A stretch of 64,000 nucleotides of DNA from Macrostomum lignano (lineage: Eukaryota): the NCBI GenBank assembly GCA_002269645.1, contig NIVC01002718.1:62001-126000 (forward strand), written 5' to 3'. The notes beneath the pieces were generated by a model. It did not search any database. It was not told the DNA's origin and saw nothing but the letters and a program-made list of their open reading frames with translations. Below are positions 1-10,278 of the stretch, piece after piece; position 1 is the first letter of the stretch, and each line of letters begins with the position of its first letter. Made by a program: the position numbers and the translations under genes.

Positions 1-204
1 AACCTATCGCCGGAGACGAAGAGGAAACGCCTGCAGGCGGCTGGCCGTCATCGGTCCAACCAACCGAGGCCAAACTACGACCCCAATTTTTTCCGCATAG
101 AAATGCCGGACACACCCCCAGAGGCACCAATCGATGCGATGAAAGTTGGTAAGCGTCGTCGCAAACCTCTACAACTAAGAGGTCCGGAACCTCGCAATAA
201 TTAG
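1..204 (+). CDS. 3' end of an ORF entering from outside the window (NLSPETKRKRL...GPEPRNN*), product unknown
   Basis: Frame 1 is open from base 1 to TAG at 202-204, contains a basic KRKR/KRRRK patch, and is co-oriented with and about 380 bp upstream of the BEN ORF. Confidence 0.35.
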   Translation, partial: NLSPETKRKRLQAAGRHRSNQPRPNYDPNFFRIEMPDTPPEAPIDAMKVGKRRRKPLQLRGPEPRNN

Positions 205-587
205 ACAAATAAAGTGATGAAGGACTGCGCTACATCACTAAATTTCTAACCGTACTTAAAAACCGCACGTCTGCTATGTGTTTTGGTATAAAACTTTTTC
301 TCGCTCACGACTGCGCTACATCACTAAATTATTACTAACGGTATTTTAAACCGTCCGACATACGTCTGTCAAGCCGTTGTTCCATTCATTTCAAATGTAC
401 CATTGATCACCTTTAATCTTAGTACCTTGTGTAAAACACGGACTAACACTAAACTATAGTTAAACTAAACTAAACTAGCTAGTACTAGTACCTGCACGCT
501 AAACACGGACTAACACTAAACTAGCAGCTGCACGTTTTTTCTACTATATCTGTACTTTGTAACACTCAGATTAAACTACATCCTCAT

Positions 588-2351
588 TTGCAGCACTGCA
601 GTATTACAATAGAAACCAAAATGCCCAAACCAAGTGACGCTACTACAAAGCCAAAAGAGAAAGGCAGCAAAACGGGCGCCAAAGGGTCGCGAAAGAGGCC
701 CATCGAGACGGAGCCAAACAATGAAAAAGCGGTAAAAAAGCGCAACAGTAAGTCCAACTTAGCCTCCGCCGCTGCTAGCGCTACTTCCGCCACTGGCGCA
801 TCCACTAATGCTGATGGCGCTTCTATCCCCGCTGGTGCTTCTACCGCCGCTGGTGCTACTGCCGCCGCTGCAGCTGGCGCATGCGCTAACACTGATGGTG
901 CTTCTACTCCCGCTGGTGCTTCTACCGCCGCTGGCGCGACTGCCGCCGCTGCAGCTGGCGCATGCGCTAACACTGATGGTGCTTCTACTCCCGCTGGTGC
1001 TTCTACCGCCGCTGGCGCTTCTAGCACCTCTGCGACTGGCGCCGGTAAAAAGCCAGCTTCCGGTGGCCCAGCAGCATACCGCTACTGGGTATTTGAATAT
1101 GCGCCGGAAGACGGCGGTCGGCTTGGAGTCTATGCCGACAAGTGTGTTGTTACTGACGGCTCAGTAGATTCGAGCAAACTGTCAGTTGACGATGATGTCA
1201 CCATTAGACCGGGAAAGACCGCCAATAGTAAGGCGTACCGCGTGCGAATATGCAAAGGGCCATACCGCACAAAGGCGGCTGCAGAAGCCGGTGCCAGTGC
1301 CTGTCAAGCGGTACACAGGCCGGGTGGCATTAACATGCCTAACGGTTGCGCCACCTGCCAGGCGCTCAGGCATGAGGTTTTAAACCTCCGGACATCCGCC
1401 GAATTGGCGCAGCAGACTGCCGACGGCTACAGGGAAAGCCTGCAACGGCAGAATGAAGACCTGGCCAAAAGACTCGAAGACGCTGAATTTGAGCGCAATG
1501 AGTACAAAGAGAAGTATGAAAGTGCAGCCAATAGAACACGCGAGTTGGAGTGCCAACTCGAGTACGCACAGATCGGTGCTAATCCTTCAAGTTCTGCTGA
1601 ACAATCGGTCGGTGTTCTCGCCAAATATGCTACGGTGTTGCAGGACGCCGTGTTTTCCGCCATCGGCGTTCTGCAAGGTGCGGTTTCGCAGGATATCGTA
1701 GTAGATTGCGTTGCTGACACGATCAGCAGCAGCAGTACGACTGCTGGTGGTGGCGCTTCTGCGGCCGCCTCGTCTGCAGCTCCGTTGCTGGACGACATGG
1801 ACCTGCGCGCTCAGATCCGAATGTCGTCAGTGAATCAGCGGAAACGTGAGCCCGAGACGAGGTCCTTGACAGCGCGCTGTCCCGACGTCGTCGTGTCGGC
1901 CACCGACTACGCAAAGATAAAGAATGCCGTGTCCGCCTATGTCAAGGGAGGTTACAGGAGTACCGACGCAGATAAATTGCTTCGGACCTTGTACTTAGCA
2001 ATTTTCACGGACGACGAGCTGACGACCTGCTCTTACACGGGACGTAGGTCGACAAAAACTGGTCCGCCACCAAAGGCGGAAGTGTCAAAGAGAAAAAAAT
2101 TCGCCATTAAGGCGTTTATTGAAGGCCTGCAGTTGCCCAACCAAATTCCGGAGAGAAAGTATGCCGGCGTGTTTAAGCGCACTGGATTCTGTATTGCGCG
2201 AAAACTACAAAAATCGCTCAAATTGGCACCCAGCGGAAATGAGGTGGCGACGATCGACATCGATGCCGATGATGAGGACGCCAACGTTGGCGACAACGGA
2301 GATCACAATGACGACGAAGCTGCAGCCTCTCATCCATCTGCAAATCCATGA
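588..2351 (+). CDS. Intronless 587-aa coiled-coil + C-terminal BEN-domain protein (BEND5/6-like layout), possibly transposon-encoded
   Basis: C-terminal LLRTLYLAIFTDDELTTCSYTGRR...KAEVSKRKKFAIKAFI fits the BEN pattern (L-x-x-x-F-x-x-E-x-L-x-x-x-S-x-x-G...). It is preceded by a heptad-rich helical segment (LRHEVLNL...RELECQLEY) and a basic N-terminus. Recognised by eye, no HMM run. Confidence 0.7.
   Translation: MQHCSITIETKMPKPSDATTKPKEKGSKTGAKGSRKRPIETEPNNEKAVKKRNSKSNLASAAASATSATGASTNADGASIPAGASTAAGATAAAAAGACANTDGASTPAGASTAAGATAAAAAGACANTDGASTPAGASTAAGASSTSATGAGKKPASGGPAAYRYWVFEYAPEDGGRLGVYADKCVVTDGSVDSSKLSVDDDVTIRPGKTANSKAYRVRICKGPYRTKAAAEAGASACQAVHRPGGINMPNGCATCQALRHEVLNLRTSAELAQQTADGYRESLQRQNEDLAKRLEDAEFERNEYKEKYESAANRTRELECQLEYAQIGANPSSSAEQSVGVLAKYATVLQDAVFSAIGVLQGAVSQDIVVDCVADTISSSSTTAGGGASAAASSAAPLLDDMDLRAQIRMSSVNQRKREPETRSLTARCPDVVVSATDYAKIKNAVSAYVKGGYRSTDADKLLRTLYLAIFTDDELTTCSYTGRRSTKTGPPPKAEVSKRKKFAIKAFIEGLQLPNQIPERKYAGVFKRTGFCIARKLQKSLKLAPSGNEVATIDIDADDEDANVGDNGDHNDDEAAASHPSANP
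805..1025 (+). repeat. In-frame 81-bp (27-aa) coding tandem repeat, about 2.6 copies (DGASxPAGASTAAGATAAAAAGACANT)
   Basis: The GATGG phase marker recurs at 813, 894 and 975. Confidence 0.85.
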
Positions 2352-2563
2352 GTCGAAGTGTACCAGACTGAAATGCAGCCATTTCGGGCATTTTATTATT
2401 TACTGGGCTTTTTCTGATCTTATCGGGAATAATGAAAGAAAATGGAGAGAGTGGGAGGGAGAAATTTGTGTATGCAACATATCATTGTGCTAAACTAAAC
2501 AAAGCTAAACTAAACCTAAACGTCGCAGTACAATGGGTTTCTAAAACTGCTTAACTTTTGGTC

Positions 2564-3051
2564 GCGCACTTCTGCGATGTCCCACTAATTCAACTAGTTC
2601 TTTTTGGCGCACTTCTGCGATGTCCCACTAATTCAACTAGTTCTTTTTGGCGCACTTCTGCGATGTCCCACTAATTCAACTAGTTCTTTTTGGCGCACTT
2701 CTGCGATGTCCCACTAATTCAACTAGTTCTTTTTGGCGCACTTCTGCGATGTCCCACTAATTCAACTAGTTCTTTTTGGCGCACTTCTGCGATGTCCCAC
2801 TAATTCAACTAGTTCTTTTTGGCGCACTTCTGCGATGTCCCACTAATTCAACTAGTTCTTTTTGGCGCACTTCTGCGATGTCCCACTAATTCAACTACTT
2901 CTTTTTGGCGCACTTCTGCGATGTCCCACTGATTCAACTACTTCTTTTTGGCGCACTTCTGCGATGTCCCACTAATTCAACTAGTTCATTTTGGCGCACT
3001 TCTGCGATGTCCCACTAATTCAACTAGTTCATTTTGGCGCACTTCTGCGAT
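2564..3051. repeat. 43-bp tandem array, about 11 copies (GGCGCACTTCTGCGATGTCCCACTAATTCAACTAGTTCTTTTT)
   Basis: 43-bp period measured directly (CCCACTAATT at 2581 and 2624). The units are almost invariant. Confidence 0.95.
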
Positions 3052-3229
3052 CGCTATGTACCATATAATAATGCATTTTAATAATAGCGCGCTTTGCGTA
3101 TATAAAGCTTAATTGCCGCAATTACTGGTTACTTCACATCTAATATATCACTGCTGATTTGTATTCCTGTTACTTATTTGCACATTATTATACTGTTGGT
3201 CGATAGTCAGAAAAAACACACAAGATCAC

Positions 3230-3930
3230 AAAACGGTCACAAAATATGGTAACAGTAAACAGTAACATAGTTACCCTAAGCAAAACGGTCACAAAATATG
3301 GCAAAAGTAAACAGTAACATAGTTACCCTAGGCAAAACGGTCACAAAATACGGTCACATTGAACGGTCACATGTGACCCTGAACAAACGGTCACAAAATA
3401 CGGTCACATTGAACGGTCACATGTGACCCTGAACAAACGGTCACAAAATACGGTCACATTGAACGGTCACATGTGACCCTGAACAAACGGTCACAAAATA
3501 CGGTAACATTGAACGGTAACACGTGACCCTGAACAAACGGTTACAAAATACGGTCACATTGAACGGTAACACGTGACCCTGAACAAACGGTCACAAAATA
3601 CGGTCACATTGAACGGTCACATGTGACCCTGAACAAACGGTCACAAAATACGGTCACATTGAACGGTAACATGTGACCCTGAACAAACGGTCACAAAATA
3701 CGGTCACATTGAACGGTAACATGTGACCCTGAACAAACGGTCACAAAATACGGTCACATTGAACGGTAACATGTGACCCTGAACAAACGGTCACATATAT
3801 GGTAACTATGAACGGTATCATGTTACCTTATTATCATGAACATGAACGGTCACAATAAACGGTCACAAGCATTACAGACCACGGTAACAAGTGGAACGGT
3901 CACAGCCCCTTTTTGTGACCGTTTCGTTTT
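3230..3930. repeat. 50-bp tandem array built from ACGGTCAC motifs with an internal palindrome GGTCACATGTGACC, ending in a terminal hairpin
   Basis: 50-bp period (GAACGGTCAC at 3361 and 3411). Degenerate flanks, and a final ACGGTCACA...TGTGACCGT hairpin at about 3895-3922. Confidence 0.9.
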
Positions 3931-4029
3931 ATACGGGTAAGGACTCTGGGGACGAAGAGTCGTATTTGAGGCGTGCTTGAGTCTCTGTCAAATGATTAGT
4001 GTAAAGAAACTATACATGTAGCTTCTGAC

Positions 4030-4215
4030 CTCAGCCTTTGTATCTCAGCAATTCCCCCGAGACTTGACATCTCAGCAATCCCCCCCAAGACTTGACATCT
4101 CAGCAATCCCCCCCCCCAAGACTTGACATCTCAGCCATCCCCCAGACTTGACTTCTCAACAATTCCCCCCCCCTGGCCCCAAGACTTGACATCTCAGCAA
4201 TCCCCCTCAAGACTT
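4030..4215. repeat. Minisatellite AAGACTTGACATCTCAGCAATC(C)n
   Basis: About 6 copies with a variable poly-C tract. Confidence 0.8.
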
Positions 4216-4663
4216 GGATCTTTTTTGGATCTTTTTTTCTTTCATTTATTCGTTTAGTACGTTTTTTGCTTTAATTGAAAGGACCGGAATGTTTTTAATT
4301 GATTGCGAAAACGATTTGTAGTATAGCAACTTGTACAGAAAACAATGTAATGAAAATCAGAAACTGAACAACTAGATTCTTGTTGGTCCAGAATATTAGA
4401 ATATTATAAGGATATAGGGGGTCCATTAGTGCTGAGAAACATTGAAGACTGAAGCTCTACAAGCATGTAAATGTCTTTCCTTCTTCTCAGCACGAGTATT
4501 ATTAGAGGCTGGAAATTATAATTTCTAACCAAAGATCCATCTATTCATTTCCCGTCAGTGCACACCTTTCCGACTCTCAGCTTGTGCAACCTAGCTGTAC
4601 GTGTAGAGGTTGAGACACATATATTTGCTCGATCAAAAATGTCAAAGGATAATCTATTCATAG

Positions 4664-5080
4664 CTACGAGCATCTCGAGGAGCTCGCCGCTGCCCCAACA
4701 CCGTCGCCGCCCTTGCCGACGGCGTCTGCATTGACCAGCCGAGCCAGCTTGGAGTCGTCGTCGACAATCTCAGCGGCAATCATGACGTAGGACTTCAATG
4801 GCAGCAGGCCGGACTTGACCATGCCGCGCAGCAGGAACACCTCCTTGCGAGCTTGGCGCGACAGTTCGCTGGGTATTTCGCCGAACAGCTCAGAGTCGAT
4901 GATGCTGGAACAGCGCGTTGTTGATTGACGTCGCCTCTGTCGCTCTGGTCGGGCTTTGCTGCTGACCGCGGCGAAGTCAGCGTCGTTCGCCGTTGCGCCG
5001 CCAGCGGGTCCCGAAGACATTGCAATATCGGGAGAGTACAGCAGATCAGCGTCCAACTTGGCGCAGCAGCACTGGCCCAT
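4664..5080 (-). CDS. 138-aa protein with predicted N-myristoylation/palmitoylation signal (MGQCCCAK), duplicate copy 1
   Basis: ATG-initiated GC-rich ORF with host-like codon usage and an MG-x-CCC N-terminus. Only 80 bp of native upstream sequence is retained in this copy. Confidence 0.55.
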   Translation of the reverse strand: MGQCCCAKLDADLLYSPDIAMSSGPAGGATANDADFAAVSSKARPERQRRRQSTTRCSSIIDSELFGEIPSELSRQARKEVFLLRGMVKSGLLPLKSYVMIAAEIVDDDSKLARLVNADAVGKGGDGVGAAASSSRCS

Positions 5081-5119
5081 GCCTTTTTGGAGTGAAATTT
5101 CGGCTCGATTGTGTTTGGC

Positions 5120-6460
5120 ATGCGACAGGAGCTGAGCGGGCGAGACCTTCCCACTGCATGGCCAGCTTCCGGTGGCCCAGCAGCATACCGCTACTGGGTA
5201 TTTGAATATGCGCCGGAAGACGGCGGTCGGCTTGGAGTCTATGCCGACAAGTGTGTTGTTACTGACGGCTCAGTAGATTCGAGCAAACTGTCAGTTGACG
5301 ATGATGTCACCATTAGACCGGGAAAGACCGCCAATAGTAAGGCGTACCGCGTGCGAATATGCAAAGGGCCATACCGCACAAAGGCGGCTGCAGAAGCCGG
5401 TGCCAGTGCCTGTCAAGCGGTACACAGGCCGGGTGGCATTAACATGCCTAACGGTTGCGCCACCTGCCAGGCGCTCAGGCATGAGGTTTTAAACCTCCGG
5501 ACATCCGCCGAATTGGCGCAGCAGACTGCCGACGGCTACAGGGAAAGCCTGCAACGGCAGAATGAAGACCTGGCCAAAAGACTCGAAGACGCTGAATTTG
5601 AGCGCAATGAGTACAAAGAGAAGTATGAAAGTGCAGCCAATAGAACACGCGAGTTGGAGTGCCAACTCGAGTACGCACAGATCGGTGCTAATCCTTCAAG
5701 TTCTGCTGAACAATCGGTCGGTGTTCTCGCCAAATATGCTACGGTGTTGCAGGACGCCGTGTTTTCCGCCATCGGCGTTCTGCAAGGTGCGGTTTCGCAG
5801 GATATCGTAGTAGATTGCGTTGCTGACACGATCAGCAGCAGCAGTACGACTGCTGGTGGTGGCGCTTCTGCGGCCGCCTCGTCTGCAGCTCCGTTGCTGG
5901 ACGACATGGACCTGCGCGCTCAGATCCGAATGTCGTCAGTGAATCAGCGGAAACGTGAGCCCGAGACGAGGTCCTTGACAGCGCGCTGTCCCGACGTCGT
6001 CGTGTCGGCCACCGACTACGCAAAGATAAAGAATGCCGTGTCCGCCTATGTCAAGGGAGGTTACAGGAGTACCGACGCAGATAAATTGCTTCGGACCTTG
6101 TACTTAGCAATTTTCACGGACGACGAGCTGACGACCTGCTCTTACACGGGACGTAGGTCGACAAAAACTGGTCCGCCACCAAAGGCGGAAGTGTCAAAGA
6201 GAAAAAAATTCGCCATTAAGGCGTTTATTGAAGGCCTGCAGTTGCCCAACCAAATTCCGGAGAGAAAGTATGCCGGCGTGTTTAAGCGCACTGGATTCTG
6301 TATTGCGCGAAAACTACAAAAATCGCTCAAATTGGCACCCAGCGGAAATGAGGTGGCGACGATCGACATCGATGCCGATGATGAGGACGCCAACGTTGGC
6401 GACAACGGAGATCACAATGACGACGAAGCTGCAGCCTCTCATCCATCTGCAAATCCATGA
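5120..6460 (+). CDS. Chimeric, N-truncated second copy of the BEN protein created by the duplication junction (in-frame ATG at 5120)
   Basis: MRQELSGRDLPTAW from the flank is fused in frame to PASGGPAAY... of the BEN ORF. The remainder is identical to copy 1. Confidence 0.5.
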   Translation: MRQELSGRDLPTAWPASGGPAAYRYWVFEYAPEDGGRLGVYADKCVVTDGSVDSSKLSVDDDVTIRPGKTANSKAYRVRICKGPYRTKAAAEAGASACQAVHRPGGINMPNGCATCQALRHEVLNLRTSAELAQQTADGYRESLQRQNEDLAKRLEDAEFERNEYKEKYESAANRTRELECQLEYAQIGANPSSSAEQSVGVLAKYATVLQDAVFSAIGVLQGAVSQDIVVDCVADTISSSSTTAGGGASAAASSAAPLLDDMDLRAQIRMSSVNQRKREPETRSLTARCPDVVVSATDYAKIKNAVSAYVKGGYRSTDADKLLRTLYLAIFTDDELTTCSYTGRRSTKTGPPPKAEVSKRKKFAIKAFIEGLQLPNQIPERKYAGVFKRTGFCIARKLQKSLKLAPSGNEVATIDIDADDEDANVGDNGDHNDDEAAASHPSANP

Positions 6461-6672
6461 GTCGAAGTGTACCAGACTGAAATGCAGCCATTTCGGGCAT
6501 TTTATTATTTACTGGGCTTTTTCTGATCTTATCGGGAATAATGAAAGAAAATGGAGAGAGTGGGAGGGAGAAATTTGTGTATGCAACATATCATTGTGCT
6601 AAACTAAACAAAGCTAAACTAAACCTAAACGTCGCAGTACAATGGGTTTCTAAAACTGCTTAACTTTTGGTC

Positions 6673-7160
6673 GCGCACTTCTGCGATGTCCCACTAATTC
6701 AACTAGTTCTTTTTGGCGCACTTCTGCGATGTCCCACTAATTCAACTAGTTCTTTTTGGCGCACTTCTGCGATGTCCCACTAATTCAACTAGTTCTTTTT
6801 GGCGCACTTCTGCGATGTCCCACTAATTCAACTAGTTCTTTTTGGCGCACTTCTGCGATGTCCCACTAATTCAACTAGTTCTTTTTGGCGCACTTCTGCG
6901 ATGTCCCACTAATTCAACTAGTTCTTTTTGGCGCACTTCTGCGATGTCCCACTAATTCAACTAGTTCTTTTTGGCGCACTTCTGCGATGTCCCACTAATT
7001 CAACTACTTCTTTTTGGCGCACTTCTGCGATGTCCCACTGATTCAACTACTTCTTTTTGGCGCACTTCTGCGATGTCCCACTAATTCAACTAGTTCATTT
7101 TGGCGCACTTCTGCGATGTCCCACTAATTCAACTAGTTCATTTTGGCGCACTTCTGCGAT
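6673..7160. repeat. 43-bp tandem array, duplicate copy
   Basis: Same as 2564-3051 at offset 4109. Confidence 0.95.
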
Positions 7161-7338
7161 CGCTATGTACCATATAATAATGCATTTTAATAATAGCGCG
7201 CTTTGCGTATATAAAGCTTAATTGCCGCAATTACTGGTTACTTCACATCTAATATATCACTGCTGATTTGTATTCCTGTTACTTATTTGCACATTATTAT
7301 ACTGTTGGTCGATAGTCAGAAAAAACACACAAGATCAC

Positions 7339-8039
7339 AAAACGGTCACAAAATATGGTAACAGTAAACAGTAACATAGTTACCCTAAGCAAAACGGTCA
7401 CAAAATATGGCAAAAGTAAACAGTAACATAGTTACCCTAGGCAAAACGGTCACAAAATACGGTCACATTGAACGGTCACATGTGACCCTGAACAAACGGT
7501 CACAAAATACGGTCACATTGAACGGTCACATGTGACCCTGAACAAACGGTCACAAAATACGGTCACATTGAACGGTCACATGTGACCCTGAACAAACGGT
7601 CACAAAATACGGTAACATTGAACGGTAACACGTGACCCTGAACAAACGGTTACAAAATACGGTCACATTGAACGGTAACACGTGACCCTGAACAAACGGT
7701 CACAAAATACGGTCACATTGAACGGTCACATGTGACCCTGAACAAACGGTCACAAAATACGGTCACATTGAACGGTAACATGTGACCCTGAACAAACGGT
7801 CACAAAATACGGTCACATTGAACGGTAACATGTGACCCTGAACAAACGGTCACAAAATACGGTCACATTGAACGGTAACATGTGACCCTGAACAAACGGT
7901 CACATATATGGTAACTATGAACGGTATCATGTTACCTTATTATCATGAACATGAACGGTCACAATAAACGGTCACAAGCATTACAGACCACGGTAACAAG
8001 TGGAACGGTCACAGCCCCTTTTTGTGACCGTTTCGTTTT
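7339..8039. repeat. 50-bp ACGGTCAC array, duplicate copy
   Basis: Same as 3230-3930 at offset 4109. Confidence 0.9.
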
Positions 8040-8776
8040 ATACGGGTAAGGACTCTGGGGACGAAGAGTCGTATTTGAGGCGTGCTTGAGTCTCTGTCAA
8101 ATGATTAGTGTAAAGAAACTATACATGTAGCTTCTGACCTCAGCCTTTGTATCTCAGCAATTCCCCCCGAGACTTGACATCTCAGCAATCCCCCCCCAAG
8201 ACTTGACATCTCAGCAATCCCCCCCCCCCCAAGACTTGACATCTCAGCCATCCCCCAGACTTGACTTCTCAACAATTCCCCCCCCCTGGCCCCAAGACTT
8301 GACATCTCAGCAATCCCCCTCAAGACTTGGATCTTTTTTGGATCTTTTTTTCTTTCATTTATTCGTTTAGTACGTTTTTTGCTTTAATTGAAAGGACCGG
8401 AATGTTTTTAATTGATTGCGAAAACGATTTGTAGTATAGCAACTTGTACAGAAAACAATGTAATGAAAATCAGAAACTGAACAACTAGATTCTTGTTGGT
8501 CCAGAATATTAGAATATTATAAGGATATAGGGGGTCCATTAGTGCTGAGAAACATTGAAGACTGAAGCTCTACAAGCATGTAAATGTCTTTCCTTCTTCT
8601 CAGCACGAGTATTATTAGAGGCTGGAAATTATAATTTCTAACCAAAGATCCATCTATTCATTTCCCGTCAGTGCACACCTTTCCGACTCTCAGCTTGTGC
8701 AACCTAGCTGTACGTGTAGAGGTTGAGACACATATATTTGCTCGATCAAAAATGTCAAAGGATAATCTATTCATAG

Positions 8777-9193
8777 CTACGAGCATCTCGAGGAGCTCGC
8801 CGCTGCCCCAACACCGTCGCCGCCCTTGCCGACGGCGTCTGCATTGACCAGCCGAGCCAGCTTGGAGTCGTCGTCGACAATCTCAGCGGCAATCATGACG
8901 TAGGACTTCAATGGCAGCAGGCCGGACTTGACCATGCCGCGCAGCAGGAACACCTCCTTGCGAGCTTGGCGCGACAGTTCGCTGGGTATTTCGCCGAACA
9001 GCTCAGAGTCGATGATGCTGGAACAGCGCGTTGTTGATTGACGTCGCCTCTGTCGCTCTGGTCGGGCTTTGCTGCTGACCGCGGCGAAGTCAGCGTCGTT
9101 CGCCGTTGCGCCGCCAGCGGGTCCCGAAGACATTGCAATATCGGGAGAGTACAGCAGATCAGCGTCCAACTTGGCGCAGCAGCACTGGCCCAT
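8777..9193 (-). CDS. 138-aa MGQCCC lipidation-signal protein, copy 2 (keeps its native upstream region)
   Basis: Identical translation to 4664-5080. Upstream sequence continues into unique DNA beyond 9273. Confidence 0.55.
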   Translation of the reverse strand: MGQCCCAKLDADLLYSPDIAMSSGPAGGATANDADFAAVSSKARPERQRRRQSTTRCSSIIDSELFGEIPSELSRQARKEVFLLRGMVKSGLLPLKSYVMIAAEIVDDDSKLARLVNADAVGKGGDGVGAAASSSRCS

Positions 9194-10278
9194 GCCTTTT
9201 TGGAGTGAAATTTCGGCTCGATTGTGTTTGGCATGCGACAGGAGCTGAGCGGGCGAGACCTTCCCACTGCATGGCGATTTAATCCGTGCGGACGATCCCC
9301 CCCCCCCCTGCTTTGGCCAATGACTGACAGGCTGAAGAGAAAGAGGAGCAAGCTAGAAGGCCCTATAAGATATCGTGGAGATAAAAAAGAAAAAGCAAAT
9401 ATAGCTATAGGTTAGCTGAGGTGGCTGCATGGAATGGAAGGCAAAAGGTAATAATTATGGGGGCTTAATGCATGCATCGGGTTCTGTTGCGAAGTCAGGT
9501 GTAAGGCTCGGGCAGTGTGCGGGATGTTGTAGCCTTTGAGAGCTCAACTTCGACACGAAATAGGCGTGTGGCTGTTCGACAACAAGACGGCTAAATGATG
9601 TTTGAGGAGCTGAGTCTGAGCTGCTACAGAGGAAAAATCTCAAGGCCTTTTGTCCATCATCACTGGCTCAATCTGCAGCAAAATCTCCTACTGACATATG
9701 TATGTGTTACCCGCCCGGCCCCGATCCTTTAATTTGTGTAGCTATTGCAATCGCAGCAAGATTTTGCTCACGCAAAATTTGGGATGCTGCAAGCGCCTTT
9801 TCAAAACTGAAGGCGCAACTCAAGCATATCAGGTAAGTACAGGTGACAGGTCTAATCACTGTATGCGGCTTCGGAGATCCGACGGTCAAGTTCTATGCAC
9901 ACACATTCTACATGTACGCATGCCTCTCGTGATGTCCGCAAATGCAATCGATACAGTACTCGTAAACGCGTATTGCAATATGCACTGTACACCCAATATT
10001 GACTAATAAATATAATATTCAACTAACACAGTCCAAGACAAAAAGACGCGGGAAATTTTAAAGGCACGTTTTACCGAAAAAAATACATTATGGGAGAAGG
10101 CTTTCATTTTCTCAGCACAAAAAGCTTTTGATAGGAGTCAGACCCAATGTTCATCCTTTGATATGTCTTGCCATTCTTATAGCTCTGCTATCTATTGACA
10201 TTCATAAAGCTTTTCGTTAAGAAAATTAGGATTCGATGCCTCCTAAACCTGACTCATAAATTTTCCAACAAACGTATA

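Larger units (their letters stand above)
1052..9273. repeat. Near-identical 4.1-kb tandem segmental duplication (copy 1 1052-5160, copy 2 5161-9273)
   Basis: Copy 2 repeats copy 1 at offset 4109, rising to 4113 after small homopolymer indels. The junction shares only GC microhomology. Confidence 0.95.

Noticed and set aside
584-1027. 147-aa antisense ORF and other short ORFs overlapping the BEN gene
   Set aside because: Shadow frames of a GC-rich repetitive coding region.
2564-3930. 43-bp and 50-bp arrays as CRISPR arrays
   Set aside because: Units are head-to-tail with no unique spacers, there are no cas genes, and the context is eukaryotic.
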